This document shows positions 17,457 through 25,832 of a DNA stretch of 64,000 bases, piece by piece. The notes below the pieces were generated by a model, which worked only from the letters and a program-made list of their open reading frames with translations, was not told the DNA's origin and did not search any database. Numbering within the stretch: the stretch's first letter is position 1; each line of letters starts with the position of its first letter. Source of the DNA: an uncultured Eubacteriales bacterium. GTDB taxonomy: Bacteria > Bacillota > Clostridia > Oscillospirales > UBA644. The stretch is taken from assembly GCA_959604355.1 (NCBI GenBank), contig CAUHAO010000007.1:9778-73777 (forward strand), in the 5' to 3' direction. A program made the position numbers and the translations under genes.

Positions 17457-17975
17457 TCAGAACGGCTCAACCTGATCGAGTTCCAATTCCGCAGGTGTTT
17501 CGCGACCGAACATCGAAATAGTAAGATTGACTTTGTTCAACGGGATGTCGATGCTTTCGACAACACCGGTAAAGCCTTCGAGCGGGCCGCTTACGATCTT
17601 TACCTGATCGCCCACAGCGTAATCGACTTCTTCGAGATGCTTCATCAAGCCGAGAGAAGCGATCTCTGCGTCGGTCAAAGGAACAGGTTTGCCCTCGGGG
17701 CCGACAAAGCCCGTGACGCCGCGGATATTTCTTACCAAAATCCAGGTGTCATCATTGACTATCATATTGATGAGAACGTAACCGGGAAAAAGTTTATGTT
17801 CAACTTCAACCTGTTTGCCGTCGCGTTCTTCTACGGTCTTTTCCATCGGGATACGGACTTCGGAAATCAGGTCCTGCAGATTGCGCAGACTGACTACCGT
17901 TTCTATGCTCGTTTTAACCTTGTTTTCATACCCCGAGTAGGTATGCAGGACATACCATTTGCCGTTTTCTGCCAT
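17457..17975 (-). CDS. nusG: Transcription termination/antitermination factor NusG
   Basis: NGN domain (WYVLHTYSGYENKV) and KOW motif (GDQVKIVSGPLEGFTGVV). Confidence 0.97.
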   Translation of the reverse strand: MAENGKWYVLHTYSGYENKVKTSIETVVSLRNLQDLISEVRIPMEKTVEERDGKQVEVEHKLFPGYVLINMIVNDDTWILVRNIRGVTGFVGPEGKPVPLTDAEIASLGLMKHLEEVDYAVGDQVKIVSGPLEGFTGVVESIDIPLNKVNLTISMFGRETPAELELDQVEPF

Positions 17976-18033
17976 AATGACCTCCGTCAGATTTCAATAG
18001 GATTGACCAAATCAACAAGTTACCGCCGGAAGA

Positions 18034-18261
18034 TCAGACGACCAGACCGAGCAGGTACATGAACAGCGTATCGACAAGTCCGATAAAGACTGCCGAAAGT
18101 ATCATTGCAGACAGAACAATAAGAGTATTGTTCAGCATCTGCTTGGGAGACGGCCATACGACCTTGGATACTTCGCTTTTGGTCTCTTTGAAGAAAGATT
18201 TGATTTTCGCAAGTTTGCCGGGTTTTTTGGAAACTGCGGTCTTTTTGGTTTCTTCTGCCAT
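18034..18261 (-). CDS. secE: Preprotein translocase subunit SecE
   Basis: Basic N-terminus with a single C-terminal TM helix (KVVWPSPKQMLNNTLIVLSAMILSAVFIGLVD). I chose the second ATG (MAEETKK) because GGGAGG lies 10 nt upstream of it. The track ORF starts 9 nt earlier. Confidence 0.9.
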   Translation of the reverse strand: MAEETKKTAVSKKPGKLAKIKSFFKETKSEVSKVVWPSPKQMLNNTLIVLSAMILSAVFIGLVDTLFMYLLGLVV

Positions 18262-18276
18262 AAAGCTCATACCTCC

Positions 18277-18429
18277 CTATTTGGATTCCTTGTGAAGAGT
18301 GTGTTTGCGACAGAACTTGCAGTATTTATTCATTTCCAGTCTGTCGGGGTCATTCTTCTTGTTTTTGGTGGTGTTGTAGTTTCTCTGCTTGCACTCTGTG
18401 CACGCCATTACAACCTTATCCTTTCCCAT
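18277..18429 (-). CDS. rpmG: 50S ribosomal protein L33 (not in ORF track; 50 aa)
   Basis: Hand translation of the minus strand gives [50 protein letters not shown]. This has the CxxC...CxxC zinc ribbon typical of L33. AGGAGGTG lies 6 nt before the ATG. The position upstream of secE is conserved. Confidence 0.93.
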   Translation of the reverse strand: MGKDKVVMACTECKQRNYNTTKNKKNDPDRLEMNKYCKFCRKHTLHKESK

Positions 18430-18497
18430 ATCGGCACCTCCTTATTATAATTGCCTCCCTTGCGCAATAAAGTGTAAAAAATATAAATTATTGCATC

Positions 18498-18550
18498 AAA
18501 AAAAAGCACCTTTACGCAAGGTAAGATAATTATATCATATCCTGCGTAAA
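18498..18550 (-). terminator. Probable terminator after metY
   Basis: The minus strand reads tttacgcagg-(19 nt loop)-ccttgcgtaaa-ggtgc-TTTTTTTT. An alternative 5-bp inner hairpin acctt/aaggt sits directly before the U8 tract. Confidence 0.5.
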
Positions 18551-18631
18551 AATGCAATACAAAAATATGAACATTTTGGAAACTCTGCGCCCTCTATATT
18601 ATTATATACTGCGATATAGTGCGAAAAATTA

Positions 18632-19924
18632 TCATTTTCCGAGAACCTTGTCAAGCGCCTGAGAGATATCCGCGATAATATCTTTTACGTCTTCCAGACC
18701 TGCTGAAAGCCTTATAGTGCTTTCATCTATGCCTCCGGCGCGGAGCTGTTCGGGAGAAAGCTGACTATGTGTCGTCGTCGCGGGATGGATTATAAGAGTA
18801 CGGGCGTCGCATACATTTGCAACATTCTGTATGAGTTGGAGATTGTCGATGAACTCCCCTGTTTTTTCACGGGACGCTTTCAGACCGAAAGTAAAGACGG
18901 AAGCGAGGCCCTTTTCGGCGTAGTATTTCTTGTAAAACGGATAATATTTATTATCTCGGAAAGCGGCGTAATTTACATACGCAACGCGGGGATCCGATTT
19001 AAGGAAAAGAGCTATATCACGAGCGTTATCGGAATGTTTTCTCATACGCAGAGAAAGCGTTTCAAGACCGAGGATCATCATATAGGCATTGAACGCCGAC
19101 ATGCAGGAGCCGAAGTCACGAAGCATGAGTACGCGGAGTTTCGTGATAAATCCGACATTGCCGAAATCGGTGGCGAAAACTTTTCCGTGATAACTTGCAT
19201 CGGGCTCGTTCATGGAGCGGAATCGGGGATTGCCCGCCCAGTTAAATTTACCGGAATCGACGACGATCCCTCCCATCGAGTTGCCATGACCGTTGATGCA
19301 CTTCGTTGCGGAATGGATAACGATATCCGCGCCGTGTTTTATCGGATTTATGAGATAAGGCGACGTGAAAGTAGAATCGATTATCAGAGGCAGACCGTGT
19401 CTGTGGGCAATCTGCGCAAGCATTTCGATATCTGCGACATTCGCGTTGGGGTTTCCTATCGTTTCCGCAAAAATGCACTTTGTACGGTCGTTTATCGCCG
19501 CTTCGATCTGTTCAGGCTTATCTATATCGACGAAATTCGCCTTGATGCCGTATCTTGCAAAGGTCTGTCCGAAGAGATTTATCGCACCACCGTAAATGCA
19601 GGACGATGAGACGATTTCATCGCCCGCGTCGCAAAGTGTAAGCATTGTAAGCGCGATCGCTGAATGTCCGCTCGAAAACGCACACGCCGCGGCACCGCCT
19701 TCAAGCGCCGTGACACGTTTTTCAAAAACGTCGACCGTGGGATTCATCATTCGGGAATATATGTTGCCTTCTTCGGAAAGGTCGAAAAGTTTACGCGCGT
19801 GCTCCGTGCTGTCAAAGCGATACGCATTGGACATATATATCGGCGGGATATTTACCTTTGTACCCTCTTCGCAGTCAAAACCCGCGTGAACCATAAGAGT
19901 ATCAAAGCCGTAATCCTTCTCCAT
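18632..19924 (-). CDS. metY: O-acetylhomoserine aminocarboxypropyltransferase/sulfhydrylase (PLP-dependent)
   Basis: Cys/Met-metabolism PLP enzyme family. N-terminus GFDTLMVHAG, PLP-lysine context HSATKCINGHG. 430 aa. Confidence 0.88.
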   Translation of the reverse strand: MEKDYGFDTLMVHAGFDCEEGTKVNIPPIYMSNAYRFDSTEHARKLFDLSEEGNIYSRMMNPTVDVFEKRVTALEGGAAACAFSSGHSAIALTMLTLCDAGDEIVSSSCIYGGAINLFGQTFARYGIKANFVDIDKPEQIEAAINDRTKCIFAETIGNPNANVADIEMLAQIAHRHGLPLIIDSTFTSPYLINPIKHGADIVIHSATKCINGHGNSMGGIVVDSGKFNWAGNPRFRSMNEPDASYHGKVFATDFGNVGFITKLRVLMLRDFGSCMSAFNAYMMILGLETLSLRMRKHSDNARDIALFLKSDPRVAYVNYAAFRDNKYYPFYKKYYAEKGLASVFTFGLKASREKTGEFIDNLQLIQNVANVCDARTLIIHPATTTHSQLSPEQLRAGGIDESTIRLSAGLEDVKDIIADISQALDKVLGK

Positions 19925-20062
19925 TTGAATACATCTCTCCCCTGTTCTTTTATTTATTTGTGCATAAAATTTTATAATTTTTTCCTACGGAACTATGGAA
20001 ATTCCGAGGAAAATATGTTATAATGGTTATGTAATTCACATTATACCCTCCGGAAGGTCAAC

Positions 20063-21424
20063 ATGTCAAGGACTTTTTTCAAAAATCTTTGTATATTTTT
20101 ATTATGTGCGGCAGTGTTTTTGTCCTGCGGCGCACCGTTTTCATTTTCGGCGAAAGCCGAAGAGCCCGAAACGTCATCCGCCGCCGCGATAATAATAAAC
20201 GCCGACACGGGGCTCGTACTGTACGAAAAGAATTCGGAAAGCCCGATTTATTGCGGATTTTTGCCGCGGCTCATGACATGTATCCTGCTTGTCGAAAGCG
20301 GGCTCAATCTTGATGAAGAAGTCACTTTAACATCAAAAATGCTCGAAGCGGCGCCCGAAAAAATATTGGACGGAAGCGCACACGTTTTCAGCAAAGGCGC
20401 GACAATAACGCTGCGAGATCTGATGAAAGCGTGCCTTGTGGCTAATTCCCAGGAAGCAGCGGCGGCGATAGCGCTCACCGTATGCAATGACATGACGGAT
20501 TTCATCATAATGATGAACGAAAAAGCAAGGTCGATAAAAGCTAAAAACACGCGTTTTGTAAATGTGACGGGATATTGCGATGACGCTGCGAAAGCGTCGC
20601 AGTACACCACGGCGTACGATATTTCCCTCATCACAGCGTACGCGTCGTCGCTCAATTATATTCAGGAGTATTCCGACAAATCATACGTTGACATAACCGT
20701 AAAAGACAAAAAACAACGGCTTTATACAAAAAACTCACTCGTCGACCCGAACAGCCAGTACTACTGCAAAAAAGCATCCGGCATAGCAATCTCGGGAAAC
20801 TCCAAAACAGGTTACGCGCTGTCAACGGCGGCGATCAAAACCGCGACAAAGGATTCACCCGCGATAAACTTCATCTGCTCGGCATATAACATATCGTCCG
20901 TGTCATCGCTCTATGCAGACATCACAACGCTCATAAATCACGCACTTACAGAATACTCGCCGAAATCCCTCGTCCTCGAAAATGCCCCCGTTGCAGAAAT
21001 CAAAGTAAAGTACGGCAAACAGGAGTGGCTGACGCTCTACGCAAAAAGTAAAGTCGCCGCATCATTACCATCTTCAATCGATATACAACATGACATAGTG
21101 ACCGTATACGACCTGCCCCATGAGATCGAAGCGCCGGTGACAAAGGGCACGTCTTACGGTACGGTGACTTACATATATAACGGCGACGTCATCGGCATGA
21201 CAGATCTTTGCGCGGTTACGGATATTTCCATTGACAGCGTAGCCTTGTACACGGAAAAAATAAGCATGCTTTTTGCGAACCCGATTTTCATCACATCGCT
21301 CGTAGTCGCAGCACTCCTCATCATTGCGTATTCCATCCTTGCGTACGTCAAGAACAAACAGCGTATGAGAGAAAGAAAACGCCGCAGCAGGTCGCGGGTA
21401 CACCCATCCATCACAAAGAAATAA
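20063..21424 (+). CDS. PBP5/DacF-type D-alanyl-D-alanine carboxypeptidase homologue with substituted catalytic motifs (probable pseudoenzyme)
   Basis: Signal peptide, S11-peptidase-like core (AAIIINADTGLVLYEKN), a retained KTG motif (NSKTGYA), and a C-terminal TM helix with a basic tail. SxxK is replaced by FLPR and SGN by NSQ, judged by by-eye alignment to B. subtilis DacF. Confidence 0.7.
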   Translation: MSRTFFKNLCIFLLCAAVFLSCGAPFSFSAKAEEPETSSAAAIIINADTGLVLYEKNSESPIYCGFLPRLMTCILLVESGLNLDEEVTLTSKMLEAAPEKILDGSAHVFSKGATITLRDLMKACLVANSQEAAAAIALTVCNDMTDFIIMMNEKARSIKAKNTRFVNVTGYCDDAAKASQYTTAYDISLITAYASSLNYIQEYSDKSYVDITVKDKKQRLYTKNSLVDPNSQYYCKKASGIAISGNSKTGYALSTAAIKTATKDSPAINFICSAYNISSVSSLYADITTLINHALTEYSPKSLVLENAPVAEIKVKYGKQEWLTLYAKSKVAASLPSSIDIQHDIVTVYDLPHEIEAPVTKGTSYGTVTYIYNGDVIGMTDLCAVTDISIDSVALYTEKISMLFANPIFITSLVVAALLIIAYSILAYVKNKQRMRERKRRSRSRVHPSITKK

Positions 21425-21430
21425 AACGAA

Positions 21431-21462
21431 AAGGCTTCGGTGGTTTCCGAAGCCTTATTTTT
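21431..21462. terminator. Bidirectional terminator
   Basis: aaggcttcgg-tggttt-ccgaagcctt followed by atttttg and preceded by aaaacgaaa. It lies between convergent genes. Confidence 0.8.
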
Positions 21463-21468
21463 GAATCT

Positions 21469-22308
21469 TTATATTTCAACGGTCATGCCGTCATACGCGG
21501 CGACAAAGCCTTCTTTTTCCGCAAGCGGGGCAAATTCGTCATACGTTACCCTTCCGTTGTGGGAAAAATGATTAAGACACATAACGGTCTTTTCGTCGAT
21601 ACATCCGAGTTTTTTGAGACGGTTTCGAACGGCGACGCATTGTTCAAAAGTCATATGTCTGCCGGAATTTTCGTGTTTGACAGCGGACGTACAGTCAAGC
21701 GAAACGATGTCGAAATGCGGCGTGTTTTCTTCGAGCCATTCCCACGTTTCGTCCTTGAGAGGGCCCGTGTCGTGCGCGTAGAAAAGAGATTTTCCGCGAC
21801 GCTTTACGATATAGATGAATGGCTCTTCCGTGCTGTGATTCGCGGGAAGCGCCGTCACAAGAAATTCACCTGCCCAGAAACTCTCAAACGCGTAATGACG
21901 ATATATTCTTGCTCCGCTCGAATCTTCATCCGCGTTGAGATCGCTCATCGGACTTGACTTGAGGGGCTCGAGCGTGGGCATGCTTGCATGAAAATTAAGG
22001 TACTTGGGCGCCTCGGTAAGATGTGCGTAACCTTTTCGTCTGAAAGAGACATCATCCGGATAAAGATGATCGGAATGAGAATGTGTCACAAGACAATGCT
22101 CTATCTGCGAAAGGTCGATATCGTTGGTTATAACATGCCAATACGTATCCGGAGGAAAATCTATCAGCAGAGAGTCATCAACAAGCGTTTGCAAACGTGT
22201 TCTGATATTTCTGCCGCCCGCTGCACGTGAGCGTTTGCAGACATCGCATTGGCAGAACAGCGCCGGAACTCCTTCGGCGGCAGCTGTACCGAGAAACTTG
22301 ACTTTCAT
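21469..22308 (-). CDS. MBL-fold metallo-hydrolase, PhnP-like
   Basis: HSHSDH (HxHxDH) motif and an N-terminal CQCDVC cysteine cluster like the structural Zn site of PhnP-type phosphodiesterases. Confidence 0.75.
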   Translation of the reverse strand: MKVKFLGTAAAEGVPALFCQCDVCKRSRAAGGRNIRTRLQTLVDDSLLIDFPPDTYWHVITNDIDLSQIEHCLVTHSHSDHLYPDDVSFRRKGYAHLTEAPKYLNFHASMPTLEPLKSSPMSDLNADEDSSGARIYRHYAFESFWAGEFLVTALPANHSTEEPFIYIVKRRGKSLFYAHDTGPLKDETWEWLEENTPHFDIVSLDCTSAVKHENSGRHMTFEQCVAVRNRLKKLGCIDEKTVMCLNHFSHNGRVTYDEFAPLAEKEGFVAAYDGMTVEI

Positions 22309-22331
22309 ATTATACTACTCCTGTCCCGGCG

Positions 22332-23354
22332 TCAGATCCCGACATCCGCGCCTAAATATTTATCAAGGAAATCAATTACAGTATTCATATATTGTTCTTC
22401 GTGGGTCATAAACCCGTATATGTGCAGGGTTGAATGAAATATCTCAATCTCCGCGTTGTTGTTCTTTTCCGCGGCGGAATAAAGCACACGGCTGTTTTCA
22501 GACGGAAACACTGAGTCACTGTCTCCGTGGAGAAAAAGATAACTCTTCGCCTCGGAATTCCGCACGGCGTCAAGCGGAGAAGAATTTTTCATCCGGTTAT
22601 CCGTGAGCATGTCCATGAAAAACTTCGTAACGGTATTGAAAAGTTTATCGTTTATCCCTGTCCAGACGCCGAGATCCGTGTCAAGATACTTTTCAAGGTC
22701 AAGATACGAGCTGTCGGCAATCACGGCTTCGACAAGCCCGTCTGTCGCCCCCTCATTGACAGCGGCGGCTGCACCGAAGCCCCATCCCATTACGGCGATA
22801 TGCCGCTGAAGTCTCGTTTCGGACGCGTAGCGCACGATAAGCGCGAGTTCATCGGTCTCTTCTGCCCCGAGGGTATAATTCTTACCCGAAGACGTACCGC
22901 AGCCCGAATAATCGAAGACGATCACGTTGTAGCCTGCGCGGATAAGGTATTTAGCCATGAACATACCGCTTATTTCATTCATTTCTCGGTTCGACTGGTA
23001 GTTATGTGAAAAAATGACAGTCTTTGAATTATCGGTTATTTCAAATTCGTCGCCTTCCGTCTGCGCGGGGATCCACCAGCCGCGCAGAACGTCGCCGTCA
23101 CGCACTCCGTTTACCGAAAAAGGCTCGCAGATGATACCGAGCTCGTCGATATGGTCAATGATACACATATACGAAAGCTCTCTGCGTTCGGGTGAGATTA
23201 ACGACTTCGCGGTAAAGAAGCATATAGCGGTATAAACAACGACAACGCATACAATGACCGCTGCGGCGATCACCGCGGCGACCTTTATTCCGTGAGACTT
23301 ATTTCCGGCTTTTTTACGATCCAAAGCTTTTCCCTCTATATCAATAATTCGCAC
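22332..23354 (-). CDS. Membrane-anchored alpha/beta-hydrolase-fold protein; nucleophile elbow reads GWGFG
   Basis: N-terminal TM helix (VAAVIAAAVIVCVVVVYTAICFF) and an alpha/beta hydrolase layout (VIFSHNYQSN..., LFLHGDSDSVFP, HSTLHIYGF). The GxSxG position is G-W-G-F-G. Confidence 0.65.
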   Translation of the reverse strand: MRIIDIEGKALDRKKAGNKSHGIKVAAVIAAAVIVCVVVVYTAICFFTAKSLISPERRELSYMCIIDHIDELGIICEPFSVNGVRDGDVLRGWWIPAQTEGDEFEITDNSKTVIFSHNYQSNREMNEISGMFMAKYLIRAGYNVIVFDYSGCGTSSGKNYTLGAEETDELALIVRYASETRLQRHIAVMGWGFGAAAAVNEGATDGLVEAVIADSSYLDLEKYLDTDLGVWTGINDKLFNTVTKFFMDMLTDNRMKNSSPLDAVRNSEAKSYLFLHGDSDSVFPSENSRVLYSAAEKNNNAEIEIFHSTLHIYGFMTHEEQYMNTVIDFLDKYLGADVGI

Positions 23355-23910
23355 CGGCAGTGAACGCTTTCTTGTTCACCTCGACGAATTTAGGCTTGAC
23401 GATCTCCTCAATGGATTTCTCGAAAAGCTTGCCTTCAATGCCGAGGAACTTCGACGCGACTCCGAGCAGAACGACGTTTACGGCCTTTGCGCTGCCGCAT
23501 TTTTCCGCCTCCTGAAGCGCGTCCACACAGACGAGGTCAACACCGAGAGCCTTTATCTTTTCCGGAATGTTTTCGGGGTATTGCTTTGCCCCGATTATTA
23601 CGGGCATCGGGTCTATTTTCTGAGTGTTCATTATGAGTTTGCCGTTCGGTGCGAGATACGGCAGAGCGCGTGCCGCTTCGAGCTGCTCGAACGCAAGAAT
23701 GACGTCCGCGGTCCCCTTCTCGATTATCGGAGATGCGACTTTTTCGCCGTAGCGGACGTATGTAACAACGCTTCCGCCGCGCTGAGACATGCCATGTACC
23801 TCGGATATTTTAACGTCGTAGCCGAGATCCGTGAGTGTGTGTCCGAGCAGACGGCTCGCAAGAAGCGTTCCCTGGCCGCCGACCCCGACGATCATTATAT
23901 TCTTTGTCAT
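23341..23910 (-). CDS. iorB: Indolepyruvate:ferredoxin oxidoreductase subunit beta
   Basis: The start MTKNIMIVGVGGQGTLLASR forms an ATGA overlap with the iorA stop. Sequence is of the pyruvate/ketoisovalerate oxidoreductase gamma-type domain. Confidence 0.85.
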   Translation of the reverse strand: MTKNIMIVGVGGQGTLLASRLLGHTLTDLGYDVKISEVHGMSQRGGSVVTYVRYGEKVASPIIEKGTADVILAFEQLEAARALPYLAPNGKLIMNTQKIDPMPVIIGAKQYPENIPEKIKALGVDLVCVDALQEAEKCGSAKAVNVVLLGVASKFLGIEGKLFEKSIEEIVKPKFVEVNKKAFTAGANY

Positions 23911-25634
23911 TTCACTATACCTCCGAATTTGCAGAGTTCCATACACAGACCGCAGCCCACGCAAAGCGTATGGTCTATCTTAACTTTTCCGTTCGACTTA
24001 TCCACGGAAATCGACGGGCAACCGATCTTCATGCACATCTTGCAGCCGCGGCATTTTTCCGTATCTATCGAAAACGGCGGATTTATAGTGGCTTTCTTTA
24101 TCATTATGCAGGGACGGCGCGCGATGATGACCGACGGCTCGTCTGCTGCGAGTTCTCTTTTGATGAGAGCCTCAAGTTCGTCTATTCTCTGCGGGTCGAT
24201 AACGGTCACTCTGTTTATACCCACCGCGCGGCAGAGTGCTTCGACATCGACAGAAGTAGTCATATCCCCTTTGAGCGTAATACCCGTTGTCGGGTTCTGC
24301 TGATGACCTGTCATACCCGTGATGGAATTGTCAAGGATTATGACCGTGCTGTTGCTGCGGTTATACGCGATGTTGATAAGTCCCGTTATACCGGAATGGA
24401 TGAAGGTAGAGTCGCCTATTACCGCGACTGTGTTTTTATTCTCGTCGGATGCTTTCGTGAAGCCGTGGATACCCGAAACGGAATAGCCCATACAGACGGT
24501 CGCGTCTATGGCATTGAGCGGAGCCGCGGAACCGAGAGTGTAGCATCCGATATCGCCGTTGACGGTAACACCGAGTTTTTTAAGTACATAGAACACTGAG
24601 CGGTGCGGGCACCCCGAGCACATAACGGGCGGACGTACGGGTATCTCTTCGGAGAATGTTTTTATCTCCGCGCGTTTGCCGAGAATCTTTTCGGCGATCA
24701 TAGAGGCGTTTATCTCGCCTATCATCGGAAAGAGCTCCTTGCCGACAACGTCAAGACCGAGAACGCGGCAATGCTTTTCAATAACGGGGTCGAGTTCCTC
24801 GATGACATATACGGTCTTGTATTTTTCGCAGAACGTTTTTATCGTTTCCGTCGGCAGAGGATTTACCATTCCGAGTTTGAGGTATGCGGCGGAGTCTCCG
24901 AGAGCCTCCTTTGCGTACTGATAGCATGCGCCGGAAGTGATGATACCGATATCGGACGGATTGTCTTCAACGATGTTCGCACAGAACGTCTCGCTGAATT
25001 CCGCAAGATCTCCCATACGCTTTTCGACCGCTATATGACGCGGCCCCGCGTTCGCAGGTACCATTACGAATTTTGCTGCGTTCTTTTCGTATTTCTTCAC
25101 CTCGATATTCTCTCTTTCACGCGTTTCGACAAGGCTCTGGGAATGAGCCACGCGGGTCGAAAGGCGCAGAAGCACGGGGGTATCGAAGTTTTCGGATATT
25201 TCATATGCGAGGCGCACGAAGTCACGGCATTCCGAAGAATCGGAAGGCTCGAGCATCGGCAGTTTCGCCGCTATTGCGTAATTTCTCGAATCCTGCTCGT
25301 TCTGAGACGAGTGCATTCCCGGGTCGTCCGCAACTGCAATGACAAGCCCCGCGTTGACCCCTGTATACGATGACGTGAACAACGGGTCTGCCGCGACGTT
25401 CAAGCCGACATGCTTCATTGCCGCGAACGATCTCGCGCCTCCGATACATGCTCCTATGGAGACTTCGACAGCGACTTTCTCATTCGGCGCCCATTCCGCG
25501 TACATTTCGTCATATTCCGCCGCGAATTCGGTTATTTCGGTGCTGGGAGTACCCGGATAGGAAGAGATTATCCTGCATCCTGATTCGTACAGACCGCGAG
25601 CAATGGCTTCGTTGCCCAAAAACAGTTTTTTCAT
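23907..25634 (-). CDS. iorA: Indolepyruvate:ferredoxin oxidoreductase subunit alpha
   Basis: N-terminus MKKLFLGNEAIARG, TPP-binding GDSTFIHSG, and two C-terminal 4Fe-4S motifs (CRGCKMCMKIGCP, CVGCGLCMELC). Confidence 0.9.
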   Translation of the reverse strand: MKKLFLGNEAIARGLYESGCRIISSYPGTPSTEITEFAAEYDEMYAEWAPNEKVAVEVSIGACIGGARSFAAMKHVGLNVAADPLFTSSYTGVNAGLVIAVADDPGMHSSQNEQDSRNYAIAAKLPMLEPSDSSECRDFVRLAYEISENFDTPVLLRLSTRVAHSQSLVETRERENIEVKKYEKNAAKFVMVPANAGPRHIAVEKRMGDLAEFSETFCANIVEDNPSDIGIITSGACYQYAKEALGDSAAYLKLGMVNPLPTETIKTFCEKYKTVYVIEELDPVIEKHCRVLGLDVVGKELFPMIGEINASMIAEKILGKRAEIKTFSEEIPVRPPVMCSGCPHRSVFYVLKKLGVTVNGDIGCYTLGSAAPLNAIDATVCMGYSVSGIHGFTKASDENKNTVAVIGDSTFIHSGITGLINIAYNRSNSTVIILDNSITGMTGHQQNPTTGITLKGDMTTSVDVEALCRAVGINRVTVIDPQRIDELEALIKRELAADEPSVIIARRPCIMIKKATINPPFSIDTEKCRGCKMCMKIGCPSISVDKSNGKVKIDHTLCVGCGLCMELCKFGGIVK

Positions 25635-25644
25635 CTTTTTTCGT

Positions 25645-25678
25645 CATCTGCCGCGGCAAACGGCAGATGTCTCTCTCC
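25645..25678 (-). promoter_or_regulatory. 5'-UTR hairpin between the SD-like GGAGAGAG and the iorA start codon
   Basis: The minus strand reads GGAGAGAGA-CATCTGCCG-tttgccg-CGGCAGATG-acgaaaaaag-ATG. The stem is a perfect 9 bp. No SD lies in the 10 nt directly before the ATG. Confidence 0.5.
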
Positions 25679-25762
25679 TTTTTGCTGATTATACATATAC
25701 ATTATAGCGCAAAACAATAATAAAATCAACATTATATTTGCGAACTTTTATAACAATTCGTG

Positions 25763-25791
25763 TTGACACGCTTTTGTAACATATATAATAT
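25763..25791 (+). promoter_or_regulatory. Putative sigma-A promoter of leuA
   Basis: Consensus TTGACA at 25763-25768, followed 15-17 nt later by atatataatat (TATAAT/TAATAT). Confidence 0.5.
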
Positions 25792-25832
25792 ATACTGTAA
25801 AATGATTGATTTTAAATTTTTCGGAGGATTCA

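Noticed and set aside
19925-20062. Possible SAM riboswitch or T-box leaders upstream of metY, leuA (25635-25832), ilvE (41275-41363) and the argS operon
   Set aside because: The leaders are too short, under about 140 nt and mostly occupied by promoters. They lack the conserved riboswitch or T-box sequence blocks and any terminator/antiterminator pair.
23581-25373. Three long plus-strand ORFs (240-256 aa) opposite iorB/iorA. Similar antisense ORFs lie at 17451-18062, 49707-50450, 27673-28497 and 39588-40157.
   Set aside because: All lie antisense to genes with clear family signatures and have Arg/Cys/His-rich composition with no motifs. They are shadow ORFs.
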